Below, piece by piece: positions 10,201 to 20,969 of a DNA stretch of 64,000 bases. Both the position numbers and the translations under genes were made by a program. The stretch comes from Lepidodermella squamata (lineage: Eukaryota; Animalia; Gastrotricha): assembly GCA_047495785.1 (NCBI GenBank), contig JBLDXI010000016.1, forward strand, positions 62,001 through 126,000, written 5' to 3'. Numbering within the stretch: position 1 is the first letter of the stretch; every line of letters begins with the position of its first letter. The notes under the pieces are model-generated. The model did no database searches, was not told the origin of the DNA, and was given only the letters and a program-made list of their open reading frames with translations.

Positions 10201-11757
10201 CTGCGTGATATCCTGGAGAGTTTGAGTTGCGATGCATTGTTGGATGTTTGCAAGTCTATGAGCGTAAGCGAGGCCAAGTCTTTTATCCATTTCCTATATG
10301 GCTTGGAGTGGGAAGATAATATCGGACCACCGGAAGACCATACTTTAATAGCCTATGGAACTCACAATTCTTATCGCCTGATCTCATGGATACTTTCAAG
10401 GCTGCTTGGGAATCAAGATCTCGGTCAAAACTACATAAAATGCATAGCAGAACACAATGATTTGGCGTTTCTGATGCAAATTTTTGACGACGATAAAATA
10501 TTGATGCTGAAAAACGAGAGGGACAAAATCGTGAACTTTTACGGGCACTTTTGGAAATGCCAAGCAAGAACGGCTTTGAATAACCACGGAAGCTGCAAAG
10601 AAACATCCGAGTTTATTAGATCTGTTTTAAAGCGTGATTTAACATCAGTGAAACGCCATTTCAACCCAGCTGAGGCAATCGTGGCTATGGAAATCGCAGC
10701 GATACAGGGTGACTTGGAGATAGTAAGATTATTGGCCGAAAAATCCCCCGGTGAGAACAACAGCAGAATCCCGCTTAGCATAGCCGCTCAAAATGGACAC
10801 TTAGATGTTGTTAAATTCCTAGCTGGGAAAGCACCGGAATTAGTTTCAATGGCTGACAAGGCCGGCACAACCCCGCTTTGGAGGGCAGCTCAAAACGGCC
10901 ACATCGAAAGTGTTCGTTTTCTAGCAGAGAAAGCACCAGCGACGGTTTCTGCGGGTGATAACAAGGGCAGAGCCGCAATCTGCATAGCCGCGAAAAATGG
11001 TCACATTGAAGTAGTTCGATTCCTGGCGAGAGAAGCACCAAACACGGCTTCGACAGTTGACAACGCCGGTAAAACGCCCCTATGGAGGGCCGCTCAGAAT
11101 GGTAACATCGAAGTTGTTCGATTCTTGGCAAAGGAAGCGCCAACCACGATGTTCACGGCTGATAGCAAGGGCAGAACCCCGATCTGCATTGCCGCTAAAA
11201 ATAGCCACATCGTAGTTGTTCGATTCCTAGCTGAGGAAGCACCTGAAACGGTTTCCACGGCTGATAAGGTCGGTAGAGCTCCGATATGGGGAGCCGCTGA
11301 AAATGGCCACATTGAAGTTGTTCGATTCCTGGGGAGAGTAGCACCAGCCATAATGTCCAAGGCTGATAATTTCGGCAGAACCCCGATTTGGGCAGCCGCT
11401 ACAAATGGCCAAATTGAAGTAGTTCGATTCCTGGGAAAAGAAGCACCAGCCACGGTTTATATGGCTGATGAAAACGGCAGAACCCCGATGTGGGAAGCCG
11501 CTGGCGATGGCCACGCCGAAGTGGTTCGATTCTTGGCAAAAGAAGCACCAGCCACGGTTTTTATCCTGGATAAGTCCGGCAGAACTGCGCTATGGGAAGC
11601 CGCCTACCTAGGCCACGTCGAAATTGTTCGATTCCTCGCAGAAGAAGCACCGTCGTTGGTTTCTGCGGGTGATAACAAGGGCACTACTCCTCTCGAGATA
11701 GCTCAGGTCTATGGCCGACACGAAGTTGTGCGATTCCTGTCAGATTTCAAGCTTTGA
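7222..11757 (+). CDS. SAM-TIR-NB-ARC-ankyrin protein (NLR/STAND-like receptor); contains an apparent frameshift at about 9703-9742
   Basis: Phase-consistent exons 7222-7309, 7368-7537, ~7587-7781, 7834-8233, 9084-11757. SAM-like segment LCDVFAANELDELGISLLTKDEIKDLFPSKLGHRK. TIR segments RVFVSYSW...DVFLDV...GDLDQAMIE / WADIVVCFLCQPYLREGSNSAEEFDYA. Walker A GEGGVGKS, Walker B VLVVLDDM, CCGLPL, winged-helix LERLGETYRLCFYAFLLF...LW, then about ten 34-aa ankyrin repeats. Confidence 0.85.
8715..8949. mobile_element. Short CAGTG...CACTG MITE-like repeat in the NLR-like gene intron; related remnants near 6081-6113, 17120-17167, 18964-19050 and 47700-48001
   Basis: Begins CAGTGCG and ends CCTAGTTCGGGAATCCTACTTCGCACACTG, with internal G/C runs. 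A similar terminal motif (CCTACTTCGCGCACTG, GGATCCTACTTAACGCACTG) recurs elsewhere in the window. Confidence 0.5.
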
Positions 11758-12174
11758 GAGTTGATAAACATCACGTGTTGAAGTTCATGAAGGGTTTCCC
11801 GCGTAATCAGTATAAGCAATCAAGAGCAATGAAGGTTGGTTGGTTAATGCAAAGCAGTCACCTGTCACCTGATAAGTCCAGGTGGAAATCGGTTAATCTT
11901 GGACTGGGTTGAATTGCTCTCACCAGTGCATTTATCACTTTGCGAAACTGGTCATGAGCCATTTGTTCATACTTTTTTCCTATCCTATCCCAATATCCAA
12001 GAGCTATCCAATATTTTCGAGTTTTTTCAAATAAATCAGCGGATAAATCTGGAAGCTTCAAGAACATATTTTAACAAGCTATCATTGATGTCTAAATTAA
12101 GGTATTTAATCCTCGAAAAGACGATTTTTTTCCAAAATTATCCGCAACAATCTATTTTCAAATGTTATCGCTTT

Positions 12175-14351
12175 TCAGAAAGATAGTTCATCCGACGGGT
12201 TGCATTGATTACGAGACGGCGTGTGGAGTAGAATGCTGATAAATATGCTAACAGCGACGAGAAAAACCCAGAACAGCAATTGATCCAAATAGTGCGCAAC
12301 CAACTGCCAATCAGCCACAGTTTTCTGAAAAATATAAAAAATTTCGAAAAAATACTAAAAATTGAATAACTGATTTCTGATAGAAAACAAAAAATCCGAC
12401 ATCAATTTCGATAATTGACCTTGGACATTGATGCGCGTGACCTAATATAAATTATTAAGGAGGAAACTCACGTGCGTCTCGCTTTCTTCGCGCATCTTTT
12501 TCATGAGCGAGTCGAGCGCCGACACCATAACCGTCCGCTGCCCGGCTGTTTTCGCTAAATCGCTGATATTCAACGCATTCGCTAGGTTTTTCGTCGCATT
12601 GTGCGACTTCTGCTTTTTAAACCGCTGATGCTGTTCGCGATTTTTGCCAGCGCAAACGTTGAAATACGACGAGCAGAGAAACAAAAATTGAACAGCAATA
12701 GGTGGGATTTTCGCAGATCGGCGCTTCAAATGCAGATTCATGACGAGGGTTGAGGCGACTGTTGTTAGAAACATTGTCGCCAGCATGAAGTTGAGGTAAA
12801 TCGATAAAAGTGGGATAGTTTCGCTTGATTTCGGCAGCTTTTTGCCGATTGAGAACATGTAGAGCACGGCGGTTAGCATGACGGTGATGCTGAACGAGCA
12901 TTTAACATTCGACTCGGGGGTTAAATGGAAGACTATCAGGGCTAAAACTGATACGATTAATATTGGCAATAATAGGCTGTAGTAGAAGTAAAGTGGACGT
13001 CGTTGTAGGGTGAGCTAGAAAAAATGCAAATTTATTAACAAATTCATTATAATTTGAAGTAAAAAAATACTCACGGAGAATATGACGACTGAAAATGTCT
13101 CATTCTCGCTGTAGATGTGGTTACCCATTTTGAGGCTCTGAAAATTTTTGAAATATTTAATCAATTTTGTTTAAATTTGAAAAATCTAAATTTAATACAA
13201 ACCGTTCCAGTGCCGAGTATTTCCCATTCTTCGTTTGAAACGTACATGTTCAAATTTGTCCGACTCTTGAGAGATATCATACTACCTGTAAAATTCAATC
13301 GATTATCGATTATTGATTTGTTCTTATTAAAATTCGATTTTATTTAATTATTCGTTGGAATTTTGCGTATTTTTTTAGAATTACAAACAATGATTCTGCT
13401 TAATTTTTTGAAATTTTCGGAAATTTATTCAATATTTTTGAAATGTTAAACATAATTACTGTTATACGCCCAAGAGCTGAAATAAATGTGGCACGTTTGG
13501 CAGTCCATCGGGAACCAGGTCAAATCGATTTTGCAGTGGCTAATAAATTTTCAGAAAATATTTGCAATTATGAAACATTTATAAAGTTACCTTTCGAGTT
13601 TAGCTGGGGACGAATAGAAAACTTCGCCTGTATAACTGACCATGGCTCTCGTGTCAAAAATTGGCAGCTTGAAGTCAGTTGCCCTGAAAAAGGATGAAAA
13701 TTCACATTTTTCAGAATTTTCTCTTTATTTAATTGGACCCAAAACCTCACAATTCTTTCGCGTAATTCTTTTTCAATTTAATTTTGTTTTTAATATTTTC
13801 GAAATTATCAAAAACTTGTTTGTCAATACTAAGATTTTTATTTCACAACAATTTAATTTTTAGACTTACGTATTATGAACTAAAATATCCGGTTTCCAAA
13901 TGAATTTAGAAGCGACTCGAAAAATTTCAATGCCACTGAAATTGTTCGGATTCCACCTGATTTGCTGGTCAATCCACGTCGCATCGATCCAAGTCGCGCT
14001 CACTAAAGTCTGTTGCCGTTCTTTCACCTCGAAAATGCGGCTCAGCGTGAGGCCAATGCTGATGTTTGTTCGAATTGAGATGTCAAGAACGGGGCGAGTT
14101 TGATTCCTTGGTTCACCATTTGGAAACAACAAGTCCATCAATCGCTGCTCGTCAGTTCTCGGTCGCATATCTGGAAAATTTGAGGAGAATATTATTCGAG
14201 ATTTTCCGTAATTTTGGAATAATTATTTACGAGGCAGGATTGTTGCTAAACGATTTTGATCTTCCGTGAAATGAGTTTCATGTTTCATCTGCTGGGTAAC
14301 TGATCGATGAGCGAAACTCAAAATCAGAAAAACTGCTGAAAAATGCATCAT
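12175..14351 (-). CDS. Nicotinic acetylcholine receptor-like Cys-loop subunit, non-alpha type; multi-exon
   Basis: Motifs EQRLMDLLF...TRPV, WIDQQIRWNP, IWKPDILVHN, Cys-loop CKIDLTWFPMDCQTC, SWAY, LQRRPLYFYY, M2-M3 KLPKSSETIPLL and M4 DWQLVAHYLDQLLFW. No vicinal CC in loop C. Several GT-AG introns. Confidence 0.88.
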
Positions 14352-14838
14352 TTTTTGGTCGAAAATATATGAGAAATTATTTTTTTAGGGAGGCGTAAAA
14401 TCTGTCTGGTAAGATAATTCAATTGTAATCCCGCCGAACAATGGCGCATATTATTTATTGTCTGTTGTGGGTAGGGCGATTTATGACTGTGTGTATTAAA
14501 TTACTCCCTATTTGAATTATTAGGGTGTGGCTATTGATGGATAGAATTTCGACACGACTCGGGACAATAATATCGGTTCAATAATCGTCAACAAAACATA
14601 TTTTTCGCGAAGCCAGAAAAATGTAAACAAAAATGAGGAAAATTTGGTAAATTTCTTGCGTCAAAAGACTTGCTCATTGTTCAATTTTATTAAATTTCAA
14701 TTCAAGCAGGGTGTTTCATGATTTACACACAGGTTTCAAAATTCAATTATAGACTTCAGATAAATTATTAGCAATCATGGATGTAACATTGCGTTATTCA
14801 AGTTTTTTCATTTCGATTGAAGCGATTCAAATGAGAAT

Positions 14839-16553
14839 TTACTCGCGAATGGCACCCTGGTTGCCAGGCTGGGGACGAGGACCAGTTTGCGGGCGGCGGG
14901 TGGTGGTCGGGCGGGCCTGCGGACGAGGACGAGTCGTCGGCTGAGCGATGGGGCGGCGGGTAGTGCGACCTCCTTGAACAGGGGCAGTAGTTGTCTCTTC
15001 AGCCGGCGGAGCTTCTGTCGCAGCAGTAGTGGTCGGCTGGGTCGGCTGCTGGCCTCCAGGGATGAGACCGGCCGTCTGCAGCGCACCAATGTTGCCCTGA
15101 GCCAGGGCGGCGACTTCCTCGGTGGTGAGCACGGTGTTGCAGACGAGGACGTTGTCGATGTTGCCGGTGAAGGCGCCGAGGGCCTGGTCGTCGCCGACGA
15201 CGTACGGGCAGTGGGCGAGGGCGAGCGGGCCGGCGGCGGGCGCGCTGCCGACGAGGGCGCCGTTGACGAAGAGCTCGGCGAGCTGCGCGGTCGCGTTGAA
15301 CACGACGCAGACGGCCGTCCAGCCGCCGTTGGTCGACGGCGCCGGGGCGGTGAGGTTGGCGGAGGCGCCCGAGTCGGAGCGCAGGCTCGCGAACACGTTG
15401 TCGGTGGGCGTGACGCCGGCGATGAGCGTGTACAGCGTCGCCGCGGCGTTGTTGTTGTTCGACAGCACGCCGGCCGACTGCGTGCACTGGAACGGGGCGG
15501 CGACGTTGCAACTGTGAAGACAAGGCTAAGGTCATAGACATGGTAATTCATGTAATAGTCTTACCGGTATTCGAAGCACCACGAAGCACCCTCGCCTGTG
15601 CCGAGCTCGAACGTCTTGAGGCCGGGGATCTCGAGGCGGCCGGTGTTGACCTGCAGCGAGCCACCAGTGGTGCCAGTCGCCGAGGCGGTCACGTCGAGCT
15701 GGGCGTTGCCGTAGGCGAAGGTCGGGAAGCGGTTGACGGACTGGTCCTCGAGGGAGGTGTCGAAAGGCAGCCAGAGGGCGCACTGGCGGGCATTCGAGCC
15801 AGTGAGCGGCGGCTCGGGCGTCGTCAGCACGACGGAGCAGGCGCACTCGGCGAGGCTGAAGGCGGTGCCGGGCGCGCAGGGCAGCGTCGAGTCGCCGAGT
15901 TGGAACGCGTCTTCGCGGTCGGGCAGCGCCACCAGGGTGTTGCCGAAGGCGTCCGAGCACGCGCTCGCGTTCAGACTCGCTGGGGCGGCCGTGGTCTGGG
16001 GCAGGGCGAGGCAGAAGCCGGTGCAGGTCTCGTCCGGCACGCACGTGCAAGTTGCGACGTCGATGCGCTCGCCAGACGGGCAGCAGTTGACAGTCTCCTG
16101 GCCGGTGGCGCCACACGTGAAGTACTGGCGGCAGCCTTGGCCGGGCAGTTGGTAGCAGCCGGCAGCGGCGATGGTCGGGTTCGAGCACGGCGAAGGCTGG
16201 CACGGCACTGGGCCCTCGGCGCGGCACGTCAGGCGAGCTTCGTCCCAGAAGGTGCCCGGCTGGCACACCTGGAAGATGGCCGTCGCCGTCGTCTCGTTCA
16301 GGTACAGGCACTGGAAGTACGAGTGGCAGTCGAGCGGGTTCGCGAAGAAGTCCTTCTGGGCAGTTCGAGACAGGCAGTCGAAGCAGTACGTGTTCGCGTC
16401 GAACCCAGGCGCAGGCGCAGGGTTAGGGTTATTCGGCGGTGGAGCTGGTGGGCCGGCAACTGGGGCGCGGCGCGTTGTAGTGCGATCGCGGGCAAACGCC
16501 GCATCAAGACAACCGGCGATCAGGAAAGCTACTACAATTGAATATTTGAGCAT
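14839..16553 (-). CDS. Secreted chitin-binding (CBM14/peritrophin-A) + LamG/ConA-like protein, Pif/BMSP-like, copy A
   Basis: Signal peptide; FFANPLDCHSYFQC...CQPGTFWDEARLTC; further Cys-rich modules; CALWLPFD...LamG-like domain; Thr/Pro/Arg-rich tail. One intron at 15512-15564. Confidence 0.85.
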
Positions 16554-17639
16554 TTCTCAAAATGAATCGAATCAAATCGAAAAGATGAATAAAAAAGGAA
16601 TAAACAGTGATTGATGATTGAATGGTGGATTAGGGGGAATTTTATAGTAGAAAATTCTTGTTGGCATTGCGAAGCTCTAATTGGAGCGCTTGTTTTTTCG
16701 GTCGTAATTATTCCCAGCCAACACAACTGATCAGCTGACTGCACTACGCAGAATGACTCATTTGGTAGTTTTGATTTTAATTGGGAGGCCAATAGCGGGA
16801 TCGGTTCAGTGCGCTATTGCTTTGCCAAAATATCTAATTCACTGATCACTGATCACGCCTTGTTCTGCTTGAATAAAAAATGGACTGAACGATTGTGCGT
16901 TACGTTTGGTTAGAAGTTCATGTAGCTTGGAAGGCCAACTCAGCAGAAGCGTTTGTGTATTTCTAATGATTTGATTCATAACATAATTTATCCAAGAATT
17001 CATTGTTGATGTTGTTGACAGGCTAAGCGAGGTCAGCTCAGTTTCTTTTGGTATCAGCGATTAAAATACTTTTATATATATTCTCAATTCAGTCGATTGG
17101 AAAGGATCCATATTCAAATCCAGTGCTGTGAGTTATCCTAGGTTTAACATCAAGGTACTTCGCACTAATGACGAATTTTCATTCGTTTCTCACAATTCTC
17201 GCAATTCATACGGCCCAATTTTCGACTATAACGTACTGGCAAACATAAAATGCCTGTCTCGTGCAAGGCAAATAGCATAAATTTCATAAGCATAAAATGA
17301 ACTTCAGAATTCTCTTGCCACCTTTTCATTATCCGGGTCTGACGCCAATTGTGGGCTGAAATCTATCACCGTGCGTGGCATTTGACGCAAATGTCAAAAA
17401 CCAGTCAGACTGGTTTATCAATATTGAGTGGCGAAAACGGAGTTATGAGACACGCGAAATGTTGACGTGGTTGGGTTTTATTCGCAATTAAACTCGGACA
17501 GATAATTAAACGCGGACAGTTAATAAATAATGCGCTCAACCAGACTCGATTGTACCTATATTAAACGGCAAATCAATATCCGCCAGATCATTTTTGAAGT
17601 CAAATGCTGGGAATTGCATAGGCTAATCGTATTTAGAAA

Positions 17640-18674
17640 ATGGGAGCATTACTTGTGGCCTTTCTAATGGTGATGACTGGCGGCACAGCTCAGTACGTCG
17701 GTCAAGAAATGATCGAAGCATGCAGCCACTTGTTACCTGGGGTCTATGCGGCATTGACAGGCGCTTTGGGTGTCGAATACTTAGCGCCCTGCAAGAACTT
17801 CACAGGTCGGCCTCCGCTCAAGTCTTACATCGAACGAGATAAAGTATGGTTGCCTCATTTTCACCACAAAAACGCGATTTCAGATTTTGCTATGTCTGAT
17901 GGATTCACTGAAAGGAATTTTCTCTACCGCGACTCAATAGCCAATGATTCGATCGGGGTCTATTGGCAGAAGGTTGGCGTTTTCACCTCACTATGCCCGA
18001 TGGAGTTCGAACTATTCCCCTTCGACACCCAGTCTTGCACGGTATCATTCGTCCTTCAGGAGAATAGCAACGCCGTAGTTTTCGTCCCGAGCTCTGCTTC
18101 ATCGGTAGATGCTGATTTCATGAGCCCAGGGTTGCAATGGACCTTCCTCGGATGGAACAAAAGTGTCAGCTTCATCAATGTGTTCGGCAATCGCAGCGCC
18201 GCCCATTTTACCTTCAATTTTCGTAGAAAGCCAGACTTTTACATCAATAACCTCATGATTCCTTGTTTCATCCTGTCGAGCCTTGAGATCGCCTCGTTCT
18301 TTCTACTGCCAGATATACCTGACAGGCCGGTGTTCACGGTTACCATCCTACTGGCTATGACGTTTTTACAGGGCAGCATTTTAAGCCGAATTCCGCCGAA
18401 ACCACAGCGCATTTTCCTGAGCAACTACACAGATCTGTGCTCGCTGTTCGCTTGGGCTTGTACCATTTACTCACTAGCCTCGTGTGGCTTCACCAGAGCT
18501 TACAAATCGTTTTTCAAGAGACCGGTGGGGTTCTGCCTGTTGCCTTGTGGCGGTAAAACTGGAATGACCTTGGGTAGATTTATCGATTCGTTCGCACTCG
18601 GAGTGGCCATTGCTATGTTTGTCTCAATCAATGGCTACGCCCTATCGGTAGCTATCAGCGTCGGTCACATATAA
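17640..18674 (+). CDS. Divergent intronless Cys-loop ligand-gated ion channel subunit
   Basis: Signal peptide, VWLP, Cys-loop CPMEFELFPFDTQSC, FRRKPDFYINNLMIPC and four TM helices with a short M3-M4 loop. Confidence 0.88.
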   Translation: MGALLVAFLMVMTGGTAQYVGQEMIEACSHLLPGVYAALTGALGVEYLAPCKNFTGRPPLKSYIERDKVWLPHFHHKNAISDFAMSDGFTERNFLYRDSIANDSIGVYWQKVGVFTSLCPMEFELFPFDTQSCTVSFVLQENSNAVVFVPSSASSVDADFMSPGLQWTFLGWNKSVSFINVFGNRSAAHFTFNFRRKPDFYINNLMIPCFILSSLEIASFFLLPDIPDRPVFTVTILLAMTFLQGSILSRIPPKPQRIFLSNYTDLCSLFAWACTIYSLASCGFTRAYKSFFKRPVGFCLLPCGGKTGMTLGRFIDSFALGVAIAMFVSINGYALSVAISVGHI

Positions 18675-19660
18675 GCCAGGCTTAATGGAAGAATAACCAT
18701 GATGATTTGATCTATCACTGACTCGTACCATCCGTCCATCAACTTAAATTAGTTCTAGGTAGCTAGTTCTAGTTCTAGGTGCACGCCGATCTCTACCGAT
18801 GGTGAATATGTTATCTATCACTTCAATGTAAATATTGTTGCATGATTTATTAAAATTCGGATAGTTACTCCATCGTCTTGTGTAATTCCTAGAGCAAAAA
18901 GCGATTCAGCTTGGTATTCTGGACCTTTCATCCCTTCAGGGGAAAATCGGTGTGCATATTGCGTAGTGTGTGCGATGAACTATAGGATCCTCTAGCTTGG
19001 GGTACTTTTTGGAATTTTGGTCCCGATTTTATCGGACCAAGGGTTCCTCCCCAGTCAAAAGTCTGTAGGCCTAGACTAGGCTCCTGGGCCTATTATCGGC
19101 CCAATTGAACCGAGCCTAGGTCAGGTCTTGGCCTAGGCTAGGCCTAACAACAAAGCTTTGAACATGGCCCGAGAATGCTGGGCCTGGTCTAGGCCTAGCC
19201 AATTTTCTTGAGCTCTGGAGGTTCAGTACCTCACGTTGGTTTTATATTGATTCAATGACTCATCTATCTTCACGGTGTAACTTCGTTCAAAATGTCCCTA
19301 GAATCGATAATTAGAATAAGTGCTGTGTTCATCAGCCATTAAAAACTTTACTTGGGTTACCTTTTACCTTTGGCAAAAAAACAATAAATTGCAAACAATA
19401 TTTACGGTTTGCCCTAAAAAATTGGGTTCGCCCTCGAAAACCTGTCAATCCGATAATTCTTAATTTATGAAAATAGTTGTGGCCAATTTAGCAATTAATC
19501 GGCGCAACACGAAACAAAACGAAACGTCGAGTATATTTGAAGGTCAAACAATTTGGAAAATAACTAACTTGTATCGATCGCAAAGTGGTATCCATCTGAG
19601 GCTTTGCAATTGACTAATTTTAAAAGGTTTTCATAATTATTTAAATAGTTTTTGAACAGT

Positions 19661-20969
19661 TTATTCTGCTGATGTCATTTTACTGACGTAAACAGTAATT
19701 ACGATGAAACCGAAGAGAAATGCCGATAAACCGGCGAATAGATCAATTATTCTGATCACTCTAATACCACATTTGAATACATTATTTCGGAGCACTAAAC
19801 GCTTCATCGATGCTATTTTCGCTACAGAACAAGTAGCCATCGTGTAAATCGTGATCACAACACAAATTATCATCAGATAAATGACAATGTTGATCAAATA
19901 AACTTCCTCGGCAGTTCGAGGTATCAACGTGAACACAAGAGTCAGTACAACTGCCATAGCTAGGTTAACAGTTACGCAAAACGTCGGCCGATCCGGGTGT
20001 TTAGGATCCATTAGTAAGCCGGCAACTTGCAGTAAGAACAAGGTCAAAGTTGGCAGGAAGACGTTGCCAACATAGTACTGATACTTTCTATCGAGAATTA
20101 GTTTCAAAGTCACGTGATCCGAGCCACCAGCATTGAAAACAGTTCCGCTGTAGTTAACATAACTCCAGATATCATCAGATCGAAGCGGAGGGTATGAACT
20201 TTGAATGGAAATTTCTCCGAGATTGATCGCAACTTCGTTCCTTGCGTTTTCATTCTCAAACTCGTAATTGCACCATGCTGTATCGAATGGGAACTTCGTG
20301 TACTTGAAACCAAAACACATCGAGGTGAATGGCCGAACGCAGTAGATAAGAAATTTGGGATCAGGCCCACGGAACGGCCTGATTTTCACCGTACTTTCTC
20401 TAGAACAAGGCATACGCTGAAATAGTTCAACTTCGCGTAATCGTTTACTTACTCTCTTAGAGGTCTCGAGTTCCCGATCGCATTGATATGCTGCATATCT
20501 GGCCACCATACGTCCTCTTTTGGTACCTCGAATTGTATGCGGTCCAACAGTGCCTGCCGAATATTTTTGTAACCGGGAAGCAGATCAGATCGAATATCAC
20601 GGCCGCATGGCACGTCCCAAAAAATGCGGAATGTCATCGCAACTGTCATGCTTTAATTGAAGCCGCTAGGATTCATGAAATTGTAAAATGGCTATCATAC
20701 CTCATAGTTGCATCATTGACTTCGGTTATTTGTAGAATTCTCGAAATTAGGTAACTTTGAATAGGGCTCGAAAAGTTGCTTGTCTGCAAATGGTTTGCAG
20801 CTGGTAAATTGCTAACCTTGGCCATAGGACACAGCTGGAAAAATCGGTCTTGCATCTCTTTCAATTTGATTGGGTCGCCGAGCAGTTGTACCATGTCGCC
20901 GTTACTTTGTGCTTGGGTCAAAGCAAACAGCAGAACGAATTTTGCGAATTTCATTATCAAAGGCATCAT
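19661..20969 (-). CDS. Divergent Cys-loop ligand-gated ion channel subunit with two small introns
   Basis: Three ORFs are joined in frame by GT-AG introns at 20651-20700 and 20400-20452. Motifs VWWPD, Cys-loop-like CFGFKYTKFPFDTAWC, LDRKYQYYVGNVFLP and four TMs. Confidence 0.87.

Noticed and set aside
14839-16553. Bacterial contamination or recent HGT to explain the GC-rich islands
   Set aside because: The copies contain a spliceosomal intron shared in position with a native multi-intron paralog and encode animal-type domains.
14808-16614. Many long overlapping and antisense ORFs over the Pif-like copies (also at 25.4-27.1, 30.2-32.0 and 38.9-40.7 kb)
   Set aside because: Shadow ORFs caused by very high GC and stop-codon scarcity. 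The ~490-510 aa MPVPERD ORFs are an off-frame exon 1 reading through the 56-bp intron into exon 2.
19661-20969. Three broken ORFs suggesting a pseudogene
   Set aside because: Two canonical GT-AG introns of 50 and 53 bp join them in frame.
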